DNA of 64,000 bases from the human T2T-CHM13v2.0 reference genome, Homo sapiens. The stretch's first letter is position 1. Each line of letters opens with the position of its first letter. Shown piece after piece: positions 55,501 through 64,000 of the stretch. A program made the position numbers and the translations under genes. The DNA is taken from assembly GCF_009914755.1 (NCBI RefSeq), contig NC_060948.1, one strand, 5' to 3'. Under the pieces are notes generated by a model that made no database searches, was not told where the DNA came from, and was given only the letters and a program-made list of their open reading frames with translations.

Positions 55501-58500
55501 ATGGACTCGAATGGAATGGAATGGAAAAAAATGGATCAAACGGATTGGAATCGAACAGAACAGAATGAAATGGAATAGAGTGGAATCGAACAGACCCGAA
55601 CGTAATGGACTGCAATGTATTTCATTCGAATGGAATTGAATTAAATAGAAATTTTTCAAATGGAATGCAATCGAATGCAATAGAAAGGAATAGAATGGAA
55701 TGCAATGGAATGAAACGGAGTGGAATCGAATGTAATGGAATGGAATGGAAAGGAATCGAAAGGAATGGAATTGATCGGAATGGACTGGACTGGAATGGAC
55801 TCTAAAGGAATGGAAAACAGTGGAATGGAATAGAATGGAATTCAAAGGAATAGAATGGCATGGAATCGGAAGGAACAGAATGGAATGGAATGGAGACGAA
55901 TGGAATAAAATTCATTGGTATGACATCAAATGGAATGGAGTGGAATGGAATGGAATAGAATGGAATGTAGTGTAGTCGAATCGAATGGACTCGAATGGAA
56001 TAGAATTGAATGGAATGGCATCGAAGTGAATGGAATGAAAAGGAATGGAACCAAATATAATGGACACAAATGGAATGGACTCATATAGAAAGGAATCGAA
56101 TGGAATAGTCTCCAATGGAATTTATTCGAATCCAATGGAATCGAATGGAATGCAGTAGTTTGGAAAGGAATCGAATGCAAAGGAATTGAATGGAATGAAT
56201 CGGAATGGAATGGACTGGAATAAAATGGACTCGAATGTAATGGACAGCAACATAATTGATTCGAATGGAATGGTATAGAATGGAATGTAATCAAATGGAA
56301 TGAAATGGAATGCAATGGAATTGAATATAATGGAATGCAATGGAATGGAAAGGAGTCTAATCGAGTGGAATGGAATAGTATGGAATGGATTCAAATGGAA
56401 TGGATTCGTTGTGAATGCACTGGAATGGAATGGATTTGAATAGAAAAATCTGGAACAAAATGGAATCTAACGGAATGGAATCGAACGGCATGGAATACAA
56501 GGGAATGGAAGGGACTCGAATGAAATGGAGTCGAATGGAATGGACTCCAATTTAATGGATTGAAATGGAATGGACTCGAATGGAATGGACTAGAGTGGAA
56601 TGGAGTTGAATGGAATGGAAACGAATGGATGGGATGGAATGGAATGGAAAGGAATTGAATGGAATGGAATCAAATGGAACGGAATAGAATCGAATGGAGT
56701 GGAATGGAATAGAATCGAAAGCAATGGCTTCGAATTGAATGGAATGGACTCGAATGGTATTGGCACGAGTGGTATAGAATCGAATGGAATGGAATGGAGT
56801 GGAATGATATGGAATGGAATCCACCCAAATGTAATGGACTCGAATGGAATGGAAACAAACAGAATGGACTCAAAAATAATGATTTGCAATGGAATTTATT
56901 CATATAGAATGGAATTGAGTGGAATACAATTGTATGGAATGGAATTGAAAGAAATGGAACTGAATGGAAAGCAATGGAATGGAATGAAAAGGAAGAAAAT
57001 GGACTCGAATGCAATGGATTGCAAATTAATAGATTTGAATGGAATGGAATCGAAAGGAATGTAATCAAATGGAATGGAATGGAATGCAATGGAATGGAAT
57101 ATAAAGGAATGAAGCGAAATGAAATGGAATGGAATTGAAAGGAAAGAATGCATTGGAATGGTGTGAAATGGATTCGAATTGAATGGAATTGAATGGAATG
57201 AAATAGAATGCAATCGACTGGAATGGAATTGACACTAATGGAATGGGCTGGAAAAATTTGAATCGAACGGTTTGGAATAGAACAAAAAGGAATGGAATGG
57301 AATGGAACAGTATGGAGTAGAATGGAATGGAGTCGAATGGAATGGAACCAAAAACCATGGAATTGAATGCAATCAAAAGGATTAGAAAAATATGGATGTT
57401 AATGGAAAGATATCGAATGGAAAGGAATGGAATAGAATAGACCCAGATGCAATGGACTGGAATGGAAAGGTATCAAATGGAGTGGACTGGAGTGGAATGG
57501 ACACGAATGAAATGGAAATGAAAGGAATTGAATGGAATGGAAAGCAATGGAATGGAATGGAATGGAATAAAATAGAAAGGAATAGAATGGAATAGAATCA
57601 GATGGAACGGAATGGAATTCAATAGAGTCGAATGGAATAGAATCGAATGCAATGGCATCAAATGAAATGGAATCGAATGGAATGGACACTAATGGAATAG
57701 CAACGAATGGAATGGTATCGAATGGAATGGAATGGACGCAAATTAATGGACTCGAATAGAATGGACTCAAACAGAATTGACTCAAAAGGAATGGTTTCGA
57801 ATGGAATTTATTCGAATAGAATGGAATGGAATGGAATTCAATAGTATGGAATGGATTCGAATGGAATGGAATCGAATGGAATGGGCAGGATTTGAATGGA
57901 CTGGAAAAGAGCGGACACGAATGTAATGGATTGCAATGTAATTGATTCAAATGGATGCAATCGAATGGCATGTAATCAAATGGAATAGAATGGAATGGAA
58001 GGGAATGGAATGGAATGGAATTGAAAGGACTCAAATATAATGGACCTCAATGGAATGGACTCAAATAGAATGGACTCTGAACGAATGGTCTCAAATGGAA
58101 TTCATTCAAATAGATTCGAATTGAATTGAATGAAAGAGTTTGTAATGGAATCGAATGGAATGGAATCTACTGGAGCAGAAAGGAATGGACTGGAATAGAA
58201 TGGACTCGAATGTAATTGATTGTAATGTAATAGATTCAAATGGAATGGAAACTAATGAAACATAATCAAATGGAAAGGAATGGAAAGCAATGGAATGGAA
58301 TAGAATGGAATGCAATAGACTGGAAAAGAGTGGAATCTAGAGGAATGGAATCGAATGGAATGGAATTGACTGGAACTAAATGGAAATGAATGGATTGGAA
58401 TGGAATGGAATGGAATGGAGTGGAATGAAACATACTCGAATAGAATGGAACATACCCGAATGGAATGGAGTCAAATGAAGTGGAATCGAATGGAATGGAA

Positions 58501-59899
58501 TTGAATAGAATGGAAATGAATGAAATAGAAAGGAAAAGAATGGAATGGAAGGTAAGGGAAAGATATCGAATGCAATGCAATGGCACATAATGGACTCAAA
58601 CGGAATGGACTGGAATGGGGCAGACTCGAATGGAATCCACTGGAGTGGAATGGACTCGAATGGAATGGAAACGAATTTAATGGAATGGAATGGAAGGGAA
58701 AGGAATAGAATGGAGTGGATTCAGAGAGAAAGGAATGGAATGGAATGCATGTAAATGGAACAGAATCGAATGGAATGGAAAGTAATGGAATGGAATGGAC
58801 TCGAATGGAATGGACTCGAAAGGAATAAAATCAAATGAAATGGCATCGAATGGAATAGAATTTAATGGAATGGACACAAATGACATGGAATCAAATGGAA
58901 AGGACTCTAATAGAATGGAATTGAAAGAAATGGTCTCAAATGAAATTTATGTGATTAGAATGGAATCGAATGAAATTAAATAGTATGGAAGGGAATCGAA
59001 TGGAAAGGAATTGACTAAAATGGACTGGAATAAAACAGAGTCGAATTCAATGAATTGAAACGTCATTGACTCGAATAGAAAGGAATCGAATGGAATGGAA
59101 ATGAACAGAATGGACTGGAATGGAATGGACAGGAATGGAACGGACTCTAATGGAATGGATTGCAATGTAATTGATTCGAATGGAATGGAAATGATTGGAA
59201 TGTAATCCAACTGATAGGAATGGAAATCAATGGAATGGAAGAGAAGGCAATGCAATGGAATGGAATGGAGTCGAATCAACTGGAATGGAATTGAATGGAA
59301 TGGAATTGAATGGAATGGAATCGAATGGAATGGACTGGAATGGAATGGAATTCAACGGAATGGACTGGAACAAAATGGAATGGAACAGATTGGAATCAAA
59401 AGGAACGGAATAGAATGGAATAGAATGGACTCGAATGGAATGCAGTCAAATGGAATGGAATCGAATGGAATGGAACTGAATGGAATTGAAAGGAATGGAA
59501 TGGAATAGAGTACAATGTAAAGATATCGAATGGAAGGGAATGGAATGGAATGGACTCGAATGCAATGGACTGGAATGGACAGGAAAGGAATGGACTGGAT
59601 TGGAAAGGATTTGAAGGGAATGTGCTAGAGTGGAACGGACTCGAATGGAATGGAAACGAATGGAATGGAATGAAATGGAATGGAATGGAATGGAAAGGAA
59701 TAGCCTGGAATGAAATGGGATGGAAAGCAATTGAATGGAATGGAATGGAGTCGAATGGAATAAAATCGAATGGAATGGCATCGAATGGAATGGAGTGGAA
59801 TGGAATGGACTCGAATGGAATGGACCCGAATGGAATAGAATAGAATGGAATGCAATCGAATTGAATGGAATGGAATGGATTGGAATGGACCCAAAGATT

Positions 59900-62800
59900 A
59901 TGGGCTTGAAAGGAATGGACTCAAATAGAATGGACTCAAAAAGAATGGTCTGGAATCGAATTTATTCGAATAGAACTCAATCGAATGGAATGAAATAGTA
60001 TGGAATGTGATCGAATGGAATGGAATCGAAATGTATGGACCAGAATAGAATGGAATGGAATAGATTGGACTCGAAATTAATGGATTGCAATGTGATTGAT
60101 TCGAATGGAATGGAATCGAATGGAAAGTAAACAAATGAAAAGGAATGCAATTCAAAGGAATGGAATAGAATGGAATGCAATGGAATGGAATGGAATGGAC
60201 TGGAATCGATGGGAATGGAGTCAAATGGAAAGGTATCAAATGGAATGGAATCGAATGGAATTGACTCGAATGGAATGGACTTGGAAAAAAAGGAATCAAA
60301 TGGATTGGAATCGAATTGGAAGGAAGGAAATGGAATGGAATGGAATGGAACTGAATGGAATGGAGTCGAATGGAGTGGGTTCGAATGGAATGGAATCAAA
60401 TGGAATGCAGTTGAATGGAATGGAATGGAGTATAATGGAAAGATATCGAATGGAATGGAATGGAATGGACTCGAATGGAATGCACTGGAATGGAATGGAT
60501 TAGAATGGAATGGACTGTATTGGAATTGACTCGAATGTAATGGACTGGAGTGGAATAGACTCGAATGGATTGGAAACCACTGGAATGGAATGCAAGGAAA
60601 TATAATGGAATGGAATCAGATAGAATGAAATGGAATGTAATGGAGTCGAATTAAATAGAATCTAATGGAATGGCATCAAATGGAATGGAATGAAATGGAA
60701 TAGAGTGTAATGGACTCGAATGGAATGGATTTGAATGGAATGGAAAAGAATGGAATGCCATCGAATGGATTGGAATGGAATGGACCCAAATGTAATGGAC
60801 TCAAATGGAATGGACTCAAATTGAATGGACTTGAAAGGAATGGGCTCGAATGGAATTCATTCGAATAGAATTGAATCGAAAGGAATGCAGTAGTATTTAA
60901 TGGAATTGAATAGAATGGAATCGCATGGAATGGACCACAATGGAATGGACTGGAATAGAGCAGACTCGAATATAATGGATGGAATGTAAAGCAAAGGAAT
61001 GCAATCAAATGGAATGGAATGGAAACCAATGGAAGGCAGTAGAATGCAATGCAATGGAATGGAGGGGAATCATGTGGAATGGAATCGAAAGGGATGGAAT
61101 TGAATGGAATGGACTTGAATGGAATGTACTCGAATGGAATGGACTGAAACAAAAAGGTTTTGAACGGATTGGATTCAAACGGAATGGAATGGAGTGGAAT
61201 GGATTGGAATGGAATAGAGTGGAATGGTGTCAAATGGAATGGAACCGAATGGAATGCAATCGATGGAATGGAATTGATGGAATCGAAAGGAATAGAGTAG
61301 AATGGATTGCAAAAGAAAGTTATTGAACAGAATGGAATTGAATGGAATGGACTGGAATGGACTCAAATGGAATGAACGGGAGTGGAATGGACTTGAATGG
61401 AATGGGCTGGAGTGGAATGCACTCTAATGAAATTGAAACGAATGGAAAGGAATAGACTGGAATGGAATGGGATGGAAGGGAATTAATGGAATGAAATGGA
61501 ATGTAATGGAATGGAATGGAATGGAATTTAACGGAATGGAATGGAGTCGAATGGAAGAAAATCAAATGGAATGACATCGAATGGAATGGAATGGAATTGA
61601 CTCGAATGGAACGGACTTGAAACGAATAGAAATGAAAGGAATGGCTTCGAATGGAATGGAATTGAATTAAATGGAATGGAATGTACCCATATGTAATGGA
61701 CTCGAATGGAATGGACTCAAATAGAATGGACTCAAAAGGAATGGGCGAGAATGGAATTTATCCGAATAGAATGGAATCGAATAGAATTAAATAATATTGA
61801 ATGGAATCGAACGGAATGGATTCAAATTGAATGGACCAGAATGGAATGGACCGGAATAGAATGGACTCGCACTTTATGGACTGCAATGTGATACATTCGA
61901 ATGTAATAGAAACGAATGGAATGTAATGAAATGGAATGGAATGCAATACAAAGGAATGGAAGAGAATGGAATGAAAGGTAATGGAAAAGAACGGAGGGGA
62001 ATCGAGAGGAATGGAACCTAATGCAATAGAATCGAAAGGAATGGAATCGAACTGAATGGCTTCGAATGGAATGGACTTGAGACAAAGTGGAATCGAACAG
62101 ATTGAAAACTAACGGAATGCCATGAAATGTTATGGAATGGAATGGACTCGAAAGGAATGGAGTCAAATGGAATGGAATTGAATGGAATGTAGTTGAATGG
62201 AGTGGAATTGAATGGAATGGAATTCAATGGATCGGAGTGCAATGGAAAGATACAGAATGCAATGGAATGGAATGCAATAGAATGGACTCGAATGGAATGG
62301 ACAAGAATGGAATGGACAGTAGTGGAATGGACTCGAATGGAATGTTCTGGAGTGGAATGGACTCAAATAGAAAGGAATCGAATGGAATGCAAAGGAAAGA
62401 ATTATAATTTAATGGAAACAGATGGAACGGAATGGAATGTAATGGAGTCAAAAGGAATTAAACTAATGTAATGGCATCAAATGGAATGGAATGTAGAGGA
62501 GAGGAATGGACTCGAATGGAATGGATTCTAATGAAATAGAATAGAATGCAATGCCATTGAACGGATTGGAAGGGAATGGAATGGAATGGAATCAAATGCA
62601 ATGGAGTCAAATGGATTGCACTCAAATAGAATGGACTTCAAAGGAATTTGCTCGAAAGGAATTCATCCGAATAGAATCGAATCGAATGAAATGCTGTACT
62701 TTTAATAGAATGGAATGGAGTCGAATGGAATGGAACGAAATGGAATGGACTGGAATAGAGCGGACTCGAATGTAATAGATTGCAATGAAATTGATTTGAA

Positions 62801-64000
62801 TGGAATGGAATCGAATGGCATGTTATCCAATGGAAGGGAATGGAAAGCAATGGAACACAATAGAACACAATGCAATGGAATGGAATTGAGTGGAATCGGG
62901 TGGAATGGAATAGAATGGAATGGAATTGAATGCTATGGAATCGAATGGAATGGAATAGAATGGAATGGAATAGAAAGGGATGGACTGGAACAAAATGGAT
63001 TGGAACAGATTGGAATCGAATGGAGTGGAATTGCGTGGAATGCAATGGAATGGACTAGAATGGAATGAAGTCGAATGGAATAGAATTGTATGGAATGCAA
63101 TCAAATGGGATGGAATTGAATGGAATCGAAAGGAATTGAATGGAATACAGTGAAATGGAAGTTATTGAACAGAATGGAATGGAATGAAATCGCACGGAAT
63201 GGACTGGAATAAAAAGGACTCGAAAGGAATGGACTGCAGTGGAATGGACTCGAAAGGAATAGAAAAGGAATGGAATGGAATGGAATGCAATGGAATGAAA
63301 TGGATAGTAATAGAATGGAGTGGAATTGGATAGAACGGAATGGAATTGAATGGAGTCGAATGGAATAGAATCAAATGGAATGGCATCGAATGGAATGGAA
63401 TGGAATGGAATGGAATGGAATGGAATGGAATGGAATGGAATGGAATGAACTCGAATGGAATGGATTCGAATGGAATAGAATAGAATGGAATGAAATCGAA
63501 TATAATGAAGTGGAATTGCATGTAACCGAATGGAATGGACCCAAATATAATGGACTCAAATGCAATGGACTCAAATAGAATGGACTCGAAAGGAATGGTA
63601 TCGAATGGAATTTATTCTAATCGAAAGGAATCAAATGGAATGACATAGTATAGAATGGAATGGAGTGGAATGGAATGGACTGGAATAGAAAGGACTCGAA
63701 TGTAATGGAATGCAATTTGATTGATTCGAATGGAATGGAAGCGAATGGAATGTAATCAAATGGAATGGAATGGAATACAAAGGAATGGAATAGAATGGAA
63801 TGCAGTGTAATGGAACGGAATGGAGTGGAATCGAGTGGAATGGAATTGAATGGAAAGGATTTGAATGGAATGGACTTGGGACAAGGTGGATTCAAATGGA
63901 TTGGAATAGAACGGAACGGAATGAAATGGTTGGGAATGGAATGGACACGAAGGGAATGGAGTCAAATGGAATGGAATCAAATAGAATGAAGTTGAATGGA
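59900..64000 (+). repeat. Decayed ~1.8 kb dimeric higher-order periodicity
   Basis: Rare variants recur at a ~1.8 kb offset, not 0.9 kb: AAGTTATTGAACAGAATGG (61317/63159), GGACTTG-GACAA-GTGG (62073/63872; GGACTTGG also at 60277), GGAATAGAGC (60952/62752), GGAATTCAT (60852/62658), GCAATGTGAT (60087/61883). Confidence 0.65.

Larger units (their letters stand above)
1..64000 (+). repeat. Human Satellite III (HSat3, probably A-type) (GGAAT)n pericentromeric satellite array
   Basis: The entire window is GGAAT and its variants (CGAAT, GGACT, GCAAT, AGAAT, GTAAT, CAAAT). It is strongly purine-rich on +, with abundant HinfI (GANTC) and TaqI (TCGA) sites. The CAACCCGAGT marker of HSat3B and the GAATCATC-rich pattern of HSat2 were not seen. 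Subfamily and chromosome cannot be fixed without k-mer classification. Confidence 0.97.
25373..64000 (+). repeat. Diverged HSat3 domain of ~0.9 kb complex monomers with no long near-identical repeat
   Basis: The landmark GGAATTTATTCGAATAG and its variants occur at about 25971, 27190, 28465, 29343, 30298, 31352, 32359, 33598, 34482, 35426, 36506, 37375, 38487, 39390, 40295, 41274, 41429, 42104, 42899, 43727, 44625, 45580, 46849, 47493, 48463, 49288, 50147, 50587, 51490, 52922, 54355, 55299, 56123, 56897, 57809, 58103, 58948, 59963, 60858, 61759, 62664 and 63613. Spacing is mostly 0.8-1.1 kb. Confidence 0.88.

Noticed and set aside
125-63700. CRISPR-like array of a recurring ~35 bp landmark separated by variable sequence
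   Set aside because: The intervening sequences are ~0.9 kb, homologous to one another and made of the same pentamer. The repeats are degenerate and there are no cas genes.
153-63989. Hundreds of 60-326 aa ORFs (MEWNG on +, IPFHS on -), including 46176-47156 (326 aa) and 20485-21411 (308 aa)
   Set aside because: They are the automatic translation of a 5-bp repeat that has no stop codon in any frame. They overlap in all frames, have no domains, and their ends change between near-identical copies. Poly-WNGME is known from the SCA31 (TGGAA)n expansion, but nothing here indicates translation.
1-64000. Assignment to DYZ1 (Yq12), HSat2, HSat3B (9q12) or alpha satellite
   Set aside because: There is no 3.56 kb period, no GAATCATC-rich pattern, no CAACCCGAGT marker, and no 171 bp monomer or CENP-B box seen. 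A specific chromosome cannot be assigned by eye.

Overview
The whole 64 kb window is classical human/hominid Satellite III (HSat3), a degenerate (GGAAT)n pericentromeric satellite. It runs in one orientation (GGAAT on +, CATTC on -). I found no genes, RNA genes, transposon insertions, inversions or non-satellite DNA. All listed ORFs are the MEWNG/IPFHS read-outs of the pentamer. The HSat3B marker (CAACCCGAGT) and the HSat2 GAATCATC-rich pattern were not seen, which points to an HSat3A-type array. The structure has three levels. (1) The 5-bp unit. (2) A complex ~0.9 kb monomer recognisable by the landmark GGACCCAAATGTAATGGACTC...AAAGGAATGGTCTCGAATGGAATTTATTCGAATAG, present about 65 times. (3) Higher-order repeats: bases 1-25372 are nearly three near-identical copies of an ~8.6 kb, 8-monomer unit, ending at a sharp breakpoint. 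Bases 25373-64000 are older diverged monomers containing relics of earlier duplications (a ~2 kb pair about 5.1 kb apart, a ~1.8 kb dimer near the end, and several 14-220 bp local duplications). No new protein-coding system is supported. The most interesting features are the young 8.6 kb nested tandem repeat with its exact edge, and a heat-shock-element-like site at a fixed position in each monomer. All alignments and counts were made by eye.
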